Source of the DNA: Marinicella sp.
Lineage (GTDB): Bacteria; Pseudomonadota; Gammaproteobacteria; Xanthomonadales; Marinicellaceae
Reading direction: 5' to 3'
Length of the DNA: 64,000 nucleotides
NCBI GenBank assembly: GCA_965230295.1
Contig: OZ246001.1
Location: 2,848,001-2,912,000, forward strand
Position numbers and translations under genes: made by a program. Below, piece by piece: positions 18,176-27,463 of this stretch (positions within the stretch are counted from its first letter, which is position 1; each line of letters begins with the position of its first letter). The notes under the pieces are model-generated. The model ran no database searches. It was not told where the DNA came from and saw only the letters and a program-made list of their open reading frames with translations.

Positions 18176-20542
18176 ATGAGCCATCCCAGCCCAACAACTC
18201 AAGCAAAAAGCATTTGGCAGCGTTCGGTCCGCTGTGCCAAGGGTTTGTTGTTGGCTTGGGTGATGGTGTTGTTGACATTTGTGACCATGGACTGGCTGAT
18301 GCCATTACCCATTGAAGCGTTTGAACAGAGGCATTTTGCACAAGTGGTGGTTGATCGGACAGGTCAGCCCTTAAGGTCTTTTGCTGATGCTGAGGGTGTT
18401 TGGCGTTATCCGGTGACATTGGATCAAGTATCTCCGCGTTACCTGGAGGCCTTGATCAACTATGAAGATCAATATTACTACCAGCATTTTGGCATCAACC
18501 CTTTGGCCGTCATGCGAGCAATCGGACAACGCATCACAGAAGGTCGTTTTGTATCAGGGGCTTCAACATTAACCATGCAAGTGGCGCGGATCCTGAAACC
18601 GCATGACAAGACCGTGGGTGGAAAACTGGGTCAGATGTTCAGGGCGCTGCAATTGGAATGGCATTTCAGTAAAGAAGAAATCCTGACATTTTATTTAAAC
18701 TACGCCCCTTTTGGTGGCCCCATTGAAGGGGTGCAGGCTGCCAGCTATGTCTACTTGGGTAAGCCCGCGGATCAGCTCAGCCACTCAGAGGCGGCGTTGT
18801 TGGCTGTGCTGCCACAAGCGCCCAGTCGCTATCGGCCGGATCGACACAAACAAAAGGCCAGAATTGCTCGAGATAAAGTGCTGGATCGTTTGTTAACCCA
18901 TCATGTATGGTCTGAACAAGTGGTCAAAGAAGCCAAACAGGAGCCGGTGTGGGCCAACTACAATGCCAGGCCAATGATTGCACCGCTGTTGGCGCGGCGT
19001 TTGAGTCAACAGCAACCCAAGCAGGCAGTGATTGAGACCACGGTGGACATCAATATCCAGGCCAACCTGGAGCAGATGTTAAAGCACCACATGGCACAAC
19101 AAGCTGATCAAGTTTCTGCTGCCATATTGGTGGTGGACAATGCAGACATGTCGACACTGGCTTATTTGGGTAGTGCAGATTACACCGATGAAGACCGGCA
19201 TGGCTACGTCGACATGATCACAGCCACTCGATCCCCAGGCTCCACACTGAAACCTTTCATCTATGGGATGGCGATAGACCAAGGTTTGATTCACAGCCAG
19301 TCCTTGTTGTTTGATGTTCCCCAATCATTTGCTGGGTACCGACCGAAGAATTTCACCGATGAATTTTCGGGGCCGGTCAGTGTCAGCCAGGCATTGGTGC
19401 GCTCTTTGAATATGCCAGCCGTTCAGGTTCTGGACCAACTGACTCCAGAAACCTTTTATACCAACCTCAGAAATGCAGGGCTGGATGTTCAGTTGCCTGA
19501 TCGCGCCAAACCCAATTTATCCTTGGCCTTGGGTGGTGGCGGTGTCAATATGGAACAGTTGGTTGGCACTTTTGCCAGTTTGGGCCATCAGGGCCAAGCA
19601 GGTTCAGTCAGATTCACACCCGCCGATGTCATCAAAAGATACCCATTGCTCAGTGAAGGTGCTGCCTGGATCGTCCAAAATGCACTGTCTCAAGCCTCGT
19701 TGAAGCAAAACTTGAATCGTCGGCTGTTGAGGCAAACTCCTGGCATCGCCTTTAAGACAGGTACCAGTTATGGTTTCAGAGATGCATGGGTGTTGGCCAG
19801 CAATGCCCGAATCACCATCGGTGTTTGGGTCGGACAACCCGATGGTTCATTTTTGGCCGAAAACAGCGGTAGACAAGCGGCCGTACCGTTGTTGAATCAA
19901 GTGTTGGCAATCTTACCAGAGACCTACCACCAAACTGTGGAACAGCCAGTTACGGTCAGTGAAGCTGTGGTTTGCTGGCCATTGGGCTTGCAAGCCAAGT
20001 CCCAAGCGCCTGAGGCATGCCAACAGAGGAAATCGGCCTATCTGTTAAGCGGCATGGCACCACAAACATTCAGTGACCCCATGAATCATTTGTTTGCCAC
20101 TGAACAATTGAATTTGTTGCTGGATGCAGAATCGGGTTTAAGAGTCACGCCAGCCTGTGCGGCTGGTGCGACGAAAATCAAGCAACAGGTGGTATGGCCT
20201 TTGGTGTTGGATCACTGGTTACCCAAACATCAACAGCGTCAACAAGCACTGCCCAAATTTCACCCCGATTGTCAGCTGACCCAATCGGATCATCAGTTGT
20301 TAATCACAGGCATTCATGATCAGGCCATCATTTATCCGGAAGTGACGGCTGCAAGTGTGCCAGCCATAGAGTTGGAGTTGTTGGGTTCAACGGGGGTTAA
20401 TTATTGGTTCTTGAATGGAGAATTGCTGGACCAATTCAGCAGCGAACTGGTGTTGAACGAACTGCCACCTGGTAACTACCAACTACAAGTCATCGATTCC
20501 AGTGCCCAAACAGCCGCACTGAGTTTTGCTGTACGCATGTAG
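18176..20542 (+). CDS. pbpC: Penicillin-binding protein 1C
   Basis: Transglycosylase EDQYYYQH/GASTLTMQ; transpeptidase STLK, SLN, KTGT; canonical yfhM-pbpC pairing. Confidence 0.95.
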   Translation: MSHPSPTTQAKSIWQRSVRCAKGLLLAWVMVLLTFVTMDWLMPLPIEAFEQRHFAQVVVDRTGQPLRSFADAEGVWRYPVTLDQVSPRYLEALINYEDQYYYQHFGINPLAVMRAIGQRITEGRFVSGASTLTMQVARILKPHDKTVGGKLGQMFRALQLEWHFSKEEILTFYLNYAPFGGPIEGVQAASYVYLGKPADQLSHSEAALLAVLPQAPSRYRPDRHKQKARIARDKVLDRLLTHHVWSEQVVKEAKQEPVWANYNARPMIAPLLARRLSQQQPKQAVIETTVDINIQANLEQMLKHHMAQQADQVSAAILVVDNADMSTLAYLGSADYTDEDRHGYVDMITATRSPGSTLKPFIYGMAIDQGLIHSQSLLFDVPQSFAGYRPKNFTDEFSGPVSVSQALVRSLNMPAVQVLDQLTPETFYTNLRNAGLDVQLPDRAKPNLSLALGGGGVNMEQLVGTFASLGHQGQAGSVRFTPADVIKRYPLLSEGAAWIVQNALSQASLKQNLNRRLLRQTPGIAFKTGTSYGFRDAWVLASNARITIGVWVGQPDGSFLAENSGRQAAVPLLNQVLAILPETYHQTVEQPVTVSEAVVCWPLGLQAKSQAPEACQQRKSAYLLSGMAPQTFSDPMNHLFATEQLNLLLDAESGLRVTPACAAGATKIKQQVVWPLVLDHWLPKHQQRQQALPKFHPDCQLTQSDHQLLITGIHDQAIIYPEVTAASVPAIELELLGSTGVNYWFLNGELLDQFSSELVLNELPPGNYQLQVIDSSAQTAALSFAVRM

Positions 20543-20697
20543 TTTCGTACGGCTTTTTATACACTTCACAATTAATTTGATCTAATTTTCTCTTTTTGCG
20601 TTACTTTTATTGGTAACCACGGTTTCCGCCAATAAGATAGATTGATACAACATTCATTACTGACGGGAGACCACTTATTTTTTCTGATAACCACATC

Positions 20698-21237
20698 ATG
20701 CTACAGGTCAAAGCAGGCGAAGTGCAAAAGCTGGGTTTGTTGTATGAACGGCACAAAAAAGCATTGTATGGTTTCTTTTATAAGATGAGTCGATCGAACA
20801 CAATCAGTGAGGATTTGGTGCAAACGGTTTTCATCAAGATTCTGAAATCGAAACACACCTTTGTTGGTAATGGCAAATTCGTTACTTGGATGTTTCACAT
20901 CGCCCGCAACGTGTTGCATGATCATTACCGAAAAAACAAACATGCCCATTTAAATGTGGTTGAAGATCAGGCCAATGAGTTGGCATCTGCTGAAACCGTT
21001 GAAGGGCAGTTTGACTCGGAACAAACCATTGATCGGCTGTTTAAAGCCATCGATTTGCTCAGTATAGAAAAGAAAGAATTATTGATCATGAGCCGCTTTG
21101 AAAATTTGAAGTATCAACAAATCGGTGAAATCATCGGCTGTTCAGAAGGGGCCGTAAAAATGAAAATCCGCAGAACATTGATTGAATTGAGAGATTTGTT
21201 CAATCGACTAGAATCAGGAGCTGAAGATGTCGCATAA
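20698..21237 (+). CDS. ECF sigma-70 factor
   Basis: SEDLVQTVF, FVTWMFHIARN, region 4 YQQIGEIIGCSEGAVK; true start may be a few codons upstream. Confidence 0.9.
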   Translation: MLQVKAGEVQKLGLLYERHKKALYGFFYKMSRSNTISEDLVQTVFIKILKSKHTFVGNGKFVTWMFHIARNVLHDHYRKNKHAHLNVVEDQANELASAETVEGQFDSEQTIDRLFKAIDLLSIEKKELLIMSRFENLKYQQIGEIIGCSEGAVKMKIRRTLIELRDLFNRLESGAEDVA

Positions 21238-22066
21238 AGACACCCATAAATCACCCAGTTCACATCAAGAGCTGGAGTTACTCATGATGGACTACCTGTC
21301 TGGAAGGATGAGTCAGGAAGAAGCCGACAATTTTGAACTGATCATTGCTGACAATCCCCAGTACAGTCAGGAATTGGTTGAACTGCAACAAATGATGTCC
21401 TTGATTGACCAACACAACCAAACAGAAATCCCTGAACCATCGGCGCAAATGGATGAAAATTTCTATGCCATGTTGCATGAAGCGGTGCGCGAAGAATCGC
21501 AAAACTCAAGTGGCTGGTGGCAGTCAATCACCGCATGGTTTCAGTTACCACAGGTGCGAAAGGTTTCTTATGCCTTCAGCTTTTTGGTGGTGGGCGTGTT
21601 TATGGGGCATTACATGCACCTCCTGAACAACCAATCAGATATAGAAGCTGAACGCCTGGCGATTAAAGACCAACAAATCCAAGCCTTAACGGTGTTGTCA
21701 TTATTGGACATGCCATCTGCCAACAAGAGATTGATGGCGGTCAATCTGGCATCCATGACCGAGCAGCCCAATGAGGCCATATTTGAGGCTTTGTTAACTA
21801 CATTGAAACAAGACAGCAACACCAACGTGCGGCTTGAAGCACTTGATGCGCTGGCTCAACACACGAACATTCAAGCAGTGAGAACCGGTTTGGTGGCCGC
21901 CATCAACCAACAAACTTCACCCATGGTACAAATTGCCATGGCCAATTTAATGCTTAACCTGAATGAAACTGAAGCCGTAGGACCCATCAGGGAACTGCTG
22001 CAACAACCCGACTTGATCGAGCCAGTGAGGAGTGAATTGAATGAAGCACTCATTGAGCTGATTTAA
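21227..22066 (+). CDS. Membrane anti-sigma factor with HEAT-like repeats
   Basis: Overlaps sigma stop; N-terminal LMMDYLSG anti-sigma-like helix, one TM segment, DSNTNVRLEALDAL HEAT motif. Confidence 0.75.
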   Translation: MSHKDTHKSPSSHQELELLMMDYLSGRMSQEEADNFELIIADNPQYSQELVELQQMMSLIDQHNQTEIPEPSAQMDENFYAMLHEAVREESQNSSGWWQSITAWFQLPQVRKVSYAFSFLVVGVFMGHYMHLLNNQSDIEAERLAIKDQQIQALTVLSLLDMPSANKRLMAVNLASMTEQPNEAIFEALLTTLKQDSNTNVRLEALDALAQHTNIQAVRTGLVAAINQQTSPMVQIAMANLMLNLNETEAVGPIRELLQQPDLIEPVRSELNEALIELI

Positions 22067-22080
22067 TCCAGGAGAACATA

Positions 22081-22995
22081 ATGAGAAATTTAACCAAAGC
22101 CACAATTCTAATCAGCGCAGCCCTGTTGATGAGCACATCTGCTCAAGGGGTCAAAAAAATAATGGGCCAGATCAAACAATCTGAACAAATCTATGAAACC
22201 ATGCGATTTACAAATCAGCACGAAGACAATCAAGTCACCATTTTCAATGTTTATGGTTCGATTGATGTGGAAGGGTATGCTGGTGATGAAATTGAAGTTG
22301 AAGCCGTGAATCAGGTGTATGGCAAGTCGCAATCGGTGGTTGATCAGGGCTTGAAAGAGATTGGCCTTAATTTTGAACAGCACGGCAAAAGAATTTATAT
22401 TTACCTGGATTCACCTTTCACATATTTTGTTCCGGAAAGTGGTGAATTGTGGCACAGTGATACATGCTGGCGTCGGGATGATTGCAGCCGTAAACATGAG
22501 AAGAAGGCCTATAAATATCGCCTGGATATCAAGGTAAAGTTACCAAAAGAACTGAGCATAAAAGTATCAGCCATCAACAATGGTGACATCACTATATCAG
22601 GTGTTCATGGCAAAAATCTGAACATCAGTAACATCAACGGCGCCATCGATATGGTAGATGTTTCCGGACAAACATTTGTCAATGCAATCAATAAAGACAT
22701 CAACATCGCATACAGCGAAAACCCGACTGCAGATTCAGAATTTGAATCTATCAACGGTGATTTAAACATCACCTTTGCTGGTCAGCCCAATGCCGAGGTG
22801 GTTTATAAAACCATGCACGGTGATTTTTACACCGTTTATGACGTCAGTATGATGGCGCCTGTGGTGAAGCGAACCAGCAAGCAAAACAAACATGGCATTC
22901 ATTATAAATTAGACGCCGAAAGCCGACTGCAAGTGGGCAATGGTGGTCCTGAATACAGATTCAGAACCCTCAACGGTGACATCAAAATCAAATAA
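22081..22995 (+). CDS. DUF4097-like beta-strand repeat protein
   Basis: Signal peptide; repeated xNG-D/A-I motifs; ends RTLNGDIKIK. Confidence 0.75.
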   Translation: MRNLTKATILISAALLMSTSAQGVKKIMGQIKQSEQIYETMRFTNQHEDNQVTIFNVYGSIDVEGYAGDEIEVEAVNQVYGKSQSVVDQGLKEIGLNFEQHGKRIYIYLDSPFTYFVPESGELWHSDTCWRRDDCSRKHEKKAYKYRLDIKVKLPKELSIKVSAINNGDITISGVHGKNLNISNINGAIDMVDVSGQTFVNAINKDINIAYSENPTADSEFESINGDLNITFAGQPNAEVVYKTMHGDFYTVYDVSMMAPVVKRTSKQNKHGIHYKLDAESRLQVGNGGPEYRFRTLNGDIKIK

Positions 22996-23008
22996 CATCA
23001 GGAGTAAC

Positions 23009-23842
23009 ATGATGAAAAGAAAAACAACAACGAACACTGCATGGGCTGTTGCCATGAGTTTAATCGCCACGGTCTCGCTGGCTCAGAATAACGATGAGTT
23101 GAGAGAAGAAATCGTGATTCCACTGAGCAACCCCGATGAAGTGGGGACATTGGAAGTGAATCAAATCTATGGTGGCATGAAAGTCGTTGGTTACGATGGT
23201 AAAGAAGTTATCGTGGTGGCCAAACAAAAGAAAATGCAATCAACTGTGAAGATGAAAAACGGCTTGCGCAGAATTAACAACAATTCAATGGCACTTGAAG
23301 CAGAAGAATCTGACAACTTTGTTGAAGTGAGCGCACAAACCTACAGTGGTGGCAAAGACACCATGAACCTGGAAATCAGGGTCCCAAAAAATTTCAACTT
23401 GCACCTGAGTAGCATCAATGACGGTGACATTTTAGTAGAAAACATCAATGGCGAACTGGAAATCAGTAATGTGAATGACAACATCACCCTCAACCAGGTT
23501 TCAGGTTCTGCAGTAGTGGATTCAGTCAACGGTTTGATCAAGGCCAATTTCAATGCAGTGACCCCGGGTTCAAAATTGGTGTTCACCAGTTTTAATGACG
23601 ATGTGGATCTGACCTTGCCTGGTAGCGTCAAAGCTGATTTCAAATTACAAACAGCCTATGGTGAAATATATACTGGGTTTGACATTGAGTTTGATACCTC
23701 GGAACCTGTGATTGAAAAGGATAACCGAGAAAAGTCGTACAAAGTCAAGATAGAAAAGTGGGTATCCGGGACTGCCAATGGGGGTGGAACAGAAGTGGTA
23801 TTGAAATCACACTCGGGAGATTTAATCGTCAGATCCAAATAA
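23009..23842 (+). CDS. DUF4097-like beta-strand repeat protein
   Basis: AGGAG RBS; signal peptide; INDGDI/SVNG repeats; ends KSHSGDLIVR. Confidence 0.75.
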   Translation: MMKRKTTTNTAWAVAMSLIATVSLAQNNDELREEIVIPLSNPDEVGTLEVNQIYGGMKVVGYDGKEVIVVAKQKKMQSTVKMKNGLRRINNNSMALEAEESDNFVEVSAQTYSGGKDTMNLEIRVPKNFNLHLSSINDGDILVENINGELEISNVNDNITLNQVSGSAVVDSVNGLIKANFNAVTPGSKLVFTSFNDDVDLTLPGSVKADFKLQTAYGEIYTGFDIEFDTSEPVIEKDNREKSYKVKIEKWVSGTANGGGTEVVLKSHSGDLIVRSK

Positions 23843-23860
23843 ACCTCCCAAGTTCGCATG

Positions 23861-23890
23861 AAGCTGCTGGCATGTACCAGCAGCTTTTTT
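23861..23890 (+). terminator. Rho-independent terminator
   Basis: aagctgctgg-catgta-ccagcagctt + T tract. Confidence 0.75.
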
Positions 23891-24212
23891 ATGTGGTCAC
23901 TTTAACTGCTGTGCCACTGACACTGACCATCATCATAGAGCCGGTATCACCGATCACCTCATAATCGATGTCGATACCGACGATGGCGTTGGCACCCAAT
24001 TGACTGGCTTTATCTTGCATTTCCTGGAATGCGACTTCACGGGCCTGGCCCATTTCCTTTTCATAGGCACCTGATCGTCCGCCAACAATGTCGCGAATTT
24101 TACCGAATAAGTCGCGAAAAATATTGGCGCCTAAAATGGCTTCTCCGACAACAATGCCTTTGTAATCTGTGATTTGATGTCCTTGTAAATCTGGGGTGGT
24201 ACTGATAATCAA
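23889..24212 (-). CDS. ybjQ: YbjQ/UPF0145 heavy-metal-binding family protein
   Basis: [42 protein letters not shown]. Confidence 0.9.
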   Translation of the reverse strand: MIISTTPDLQGHQITDYKGIVVGEAILGANIFRDLFGKIRDIVGGRSGAYEKEMGQAREVAFQEMQDKASQLGANAIVGIDIDYEVIGDTGSMMMVSVSGTAVKVTT

Positions 24213-24320
24213 TGTTAACTCCTGTTGCTTAAATAATCAGCATACAGGAATAACCTTCAATTCGAAAATGTCAGAAGTCACAGATTGTTTGGTCAGTGAT
24301 GTGGCGATGAGGGTGGTGAG

Positions 24321-24353
24321 AAAAAAGGCCGCCAGTTAAACTGTGCGGCCTTT
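24321..24353 (-). terminator. Rho-independent terminator after small ORF
   Basis: aaaaaaggccgc-cagttaaactgt-gcggccttt; T tract on minus strand. Confidence 0.7.
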
Positions 24354-24360
24354 AGGGAGG

Positions 24361-24507
24361 TCAGTGTTTGGTATGTATCAGTTCTTTGAAGAATTTCAGC
24401 CAGCTTTTTTTGTATGCCCGCTTATTATCTCGGTAAGCAGGAAAGGGGCTGAAAACTTCTAAACTGTCATCCACACTGTTGTGGGGGTTGACGTTTTTTA
24501 TATTCAT
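24361..24507 (-). CDS. Putative 48-aa small protein
   Basis: MNIKNVNPHNSVDDSLEVFSPFPAYRDNKRAYKKSWLKFFKELIHTKH; CAGGTGA SD upstream; terminator directly downstream. Confidence 0.55.
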   Translation of the reverse strand: MNIKNVNPHNSVDDSLEVFSPFPAYRDNKRAYKKSWLKFFKELIHTKH

Positions 24508-24597
24508 AAATCACCTGTTTGGTTACTTATGACGCTCATTTTAAGCAAATAAATAGAGTAAACCACCCAATCTGATGTTGCCGCTGATGTAACAATT

Positions 24598-24613
24598 TTT
24601 GACACATGTCACA
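24598..24613. promoter_or_regulatory. CRP/Clp-like binding site
   Basis: TTTGA-cacatg-TCACA, 9/10 match to TGTGA-N6-TCACA, between divergent genes. Confidence 0.4.
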
Positions 24614-24753
24614 CTTTACTGACTCTGATGACCGTTTTTTACTTAAATTTTGATGTATTTACATAAAAGTACATTCCAAATCATTGTCTAGGACTGATCA
24701 GATGATTATGCTGAAGCCATCAACTATGTTCAATGTATGCCGGAGATAAGTAA

Positions 24754-25155
24754 ATGTTTGAGTACCATGGGTGGATCGCCATTAAATTTAAATCAGAGAA
24801 AGGTGATAAAAAAGATGACGAGTCATTGGAGCAGATCAGAAAAATTAAAGCTTTGATTGATAAGTATTCAGAAAAAGTGGCCAAATTTGAAATTTTCTAT
24901 CAAATGGGCAAACCCTTTGTCAGATTAGATGGGTGTTTGTCTCACTATCAAGGATGGGTGCTTAAGTTATTTTTCGCCATTGCTAAACTGGCCAATAACA
25001 GTGAAGGCATCTTGTTTATTCAGGATGAAGACAATCCGTTCTTAAACAGCCGATTCCGTATATGGCAAATGATGGAAGGTGAGGTTTTATCAGGTGACAT
25101 GACCTTTTTCCCGGACATATGTAATCCAGTTCATAATGGACAACATGCTGCATGA
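24754..25155 (+). CDS. Imm7-like immunity protein
   Basis: MFEYHGWIAI start, G-x-L-S-H, SEGILFIQDED, FRIWQMMEGE pattern recalled for the Imm7 family. Confidence 0.65.
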   Translation: MFEYHGWIAIKFKSEKGDKKDDESLEQIRKIKALIDKYSEKVAKFEIFYQMGKPFVRLDGCLSHYQGWVLKLFFAIAKLANNSEGILFIQDEDNPFLNSRFRIWQMMEGEVLSGDMTFFPDICNPVHNGQHAA

Positions 25156-25200
25156 ATGGTTTAAGTATTCTTTGATCAATTAAGGCGGCTGGCTCATCAA

Positions 25201-25407
25201 ATGCAAAAAGGACAAACATTATTACAACAAGTGATTGATGAGAATCATGCATCAAGCAACAGTGAACGCATTTTGTTGAGAGATAAGATGAAGCAAATAC
25301 AAACTGAAATGGTTAAATTGACTTTTGAAGCTGAAATGGACAAACGGTTGTTTTCATTTTTCTCAAAACAATTGAAGAAGGTCAAAAAACAGCTGTCATT
25401 GTTGTGA
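25201..25407 (+). CDS. Hypothetical 68-aa helical protein
   Basis: ORF track; charged coiled-coil-like sequence. Confidence 0.4.
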   Translation: MQKGQTLLQQVIDENHASSNSERILLRDKMKQIQTEMVKLTFEAEMDKRLFSFFSKQLKKVKKQLSLL

Positions 25408-25521
25408 CTGATGGAGTGATTAATCAGTCCATCTTCCTTATACAATCAAATAACGCATAACAACGTGGTTTTGCTGCCGTTGGGTGGTTTGAAACTATGA
25501 GGGGGACTTGGTAAAGAGAAA

Positions 25522-25606
25522 TGGTGCCGAGGGCGAGAATCGAACTCGCACTTCCGAAGAAACCGGATTTTGAATCCGGCGCGTCTACCAATTCCGCCAC
25601 CCCGGC
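25522..25606 (-). tRNA. tRNA-Leu (CAA)
   Basis: GCCGGGGTGGCGGAATTGGTAGACGCG-CCGGA-TTCAAAA-TCCGG-long variable arm-GTTCGA-...CGGCACCA, 85 nt with encoded CCA. Confidence 0.97.
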
Positions 25607-25820
25607 ACAAGGTTGACAAGTATATAAGATTTTTCCTTGATGGCAAGTGATTTTTGTAAATATCTGATAATGTTTCCAGGTCATTGGTTAAATTTTCATT
25701 CATCCATTTCACCAGTGACCATTTTTCGAATATTTAGCGCTTGAAATCGATTGAATAATTAAGATTCGTCCTTAGTTTAACTGTGGAAAATAATAACCAT
25801 AACAGCTTTAGGAGTATGCC

Positions 25821-26135
25821 ATGCAAGTACAAGTCAATACCGATCACCATGTCAAAGGTGGTGATTTATTGCAGAAACATGTAGAAAATTTATTGAATGA
25901 TGTTTTACACAGTTTTAAAGATCAGGTAACCCGTGTTGAGGTCTATATAGCTGATGAGAACAGTCACAAAGGAGGTGATGATGACTTGCGCTGTACCATG
26001 GAAGCCAGAATTCGTGGTTTGAAACCCATTGCCGTAACCCACCATGCTGACAACATCAATGTCGCCATTGATGGTGCTGCTGATCGAATCACTCGTTCAA
26101 TCAGAAAGACTGTGGAGAAAAGAAGGGAAGCCTGA
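25821..26135 (+). CDS. HPF/RaiA-family ribosome-associated protein
   Basis: MQVQVNTD, VTRVEVYIADENSHKGG, RCTMEARIRG; AGGAG RBS. Confidence 0.85.
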   Translation: MQVQVNTDHHVKGGDLLQKHVENLLNDVLHSFKDQVTRVEVYIADENSHKGGDDDLRCTMEARIRGLKPIAVTHHADNINVAIDGAADRITRSIRKTVEKRREA

Positions 26136-26138
26136 GCT

Positions 26139-26174
26139 AAAAAAAAAAGAAACCAGCTGATTCAGCTGGTTTCT
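26139..26174. terminator. Terminator hairpin between convergent genes
   Basis: A tract + gaaaccagctga-t-tcagctggtttc. Confidence 0.75.
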
Positions 26175-26199
26175 CAAACTCATCAAAGGGTTGCGCCAT

Positions 26200-26667
26200 T
26201 CAGCCCAATAAAGAGCGCAACATCCAGGCATTTTTCTCATGGAAGTCCATTCTTTGGGTTAACAAATCGCCGCTGACTTCATCAGTTTCTATGGCTTCGG
26301 TTTGTAACAACTCCCTGGCGTGACGGATGATGATTTCATGTGAATCCAGCAAATTTTTCAGCATCTCTTCTGCTGCGGGCACAGCAGATTCTTCTTTGAT
26401 GGCAGTTAATTCCGCGAAAGCCTGGTATGAACCTGGTGCAAATTCACCCAAAGCCCTGATGCGTTCTGCGATCACGTCCACAGCCAAGGCCAGTTCGGTG
26501 TACTGTTCTTCGAATAAAGTGTGCAATGATGTGAACATGGGGCCAGTCACATTCCAATGGTAATTGTGGGTTTTCAAATACAAAGTGTATGTATCTGCCA
26601 GCAATCGGCTTAAGCCAGCCACAATCACGCCTCGATTTTCTGTGTTGATTCCAATATTTATACTCAT
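26200..26667 (-). CDS. dps: Dps DNA-protecting ferritin-like protein
   Basis: KTHNYHWNVTG, LHTLFEEQY, DVIAERIRALG, AWMLRS. Confidence 0.95.
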   Translation of the reverse strand: MSINIGINTENRGVIVAGLSRLLADTYTLYLKTHNYHWNVTGPMFTSLHTLFEEQYTELALAVDVIAERIRALGEFAPGSYQAFAELTAIKEESAVPAAEEMLKNLLDSHEIIIRHARELLQTEAIETDEVSGDLLTQRMDFHEKNAWMLRSLLG

Positions 26668-26825
26668 TTTAAGCTCTTGATGTTTTAGATTGACAACCAT
26701 TTTAAGGGTCAACTAGGAACTTGTAAATTTGAGTTATTTGATTGATACAATCTATTAAATAGAATGATGATCTGCTTGTGATAACAAAACAAGAATGCTG
26801 GTCTTTGATAAGCGTCTATAGTCAA

Positions 26826-27424
26826 GGAATGTTCTTGGGGCTCCATTCTGGTTCATGGTCTGACAGGTCTTCATATTTGCTGCGCAAATAAACCGACCTT
26901 TACAGACTATTGTTTGAGCAGTTGCTTCGCACTGCATGTCTGTTCCAAACAAAAGTGAAAACGACTGCTTACATGGATGTAAGTATGCAGCGATAGCAGG
27001 CAGGAATTGTTCCCAACAGTTCTCTGCATTCACCCCGTCCTGGGGATCGATGCGGTAGCTGCCGAGGCGAACATGACTTGCTACCTCGCACGCACTACGG
27101 CATTCAAATCGGGCTTCTTTATCTTCGATAAAACCGCCCAACTTTCATTACCTGTGCTATAACGCCATTCACATAAGGTTTCTTGACTTCGTCAAATCAC
27201 CATATGTTCATTGGCTATTCTCTTCGCCTCTGATTGGCTTACATGGAAGTAAGTCCTCTGAGGAGGCAGGATGCCGGTATCAGAGGTGACTACATGGATG
27301 TAGGTCTGCCGCGATAGCAAGGAGCGATAGCGGCCGCAACATCAATAGCTCACGGCTAATCAATCATTACATCAAGGCTTATTGACTCCGTCAAACCGCC
27401 ATGATTGCATGATTTGCCTAACCG
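26826..27424. repeat. Dispersed modular structured repeat, copy B
   Basis: Inverted homology to 7176-7574; internal duplicated hairpin modules; GGA palindromes. Confidence 0.8.
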
Positions 27425-27463
27425 GCTCGGCGGGTCAAGCTGCTCAGCAGCTTTCCTTTCTGA

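Noticed and set aside
24300-25521. Intact prophage or integrative element at tRNA-Leu
   Set aside because: No integrase or phage genes and no visible duplication of the tRNA 3' end
25424-25712. ORFs of 86 and 88 aa
   Set aside because: They overlap tRNA-Leu on the same strand; spurious
26741-26772. OxyR-like box upstream of dps (ATTG-N7-CTAT-taa-ATAG)
   Set aside because: Biologically plausible, but the spacing does not match ATAG-N7-CTAT-N7-ATAG-N7-CTAT; too weak to call
26755-27141. 128-aa ORF, and the similar ORFs 7111-7356 and 48336-48716
   Set aside because: They lie over the structured repeats, have non-ATG starts or no RBS, and show no protein-like motifs
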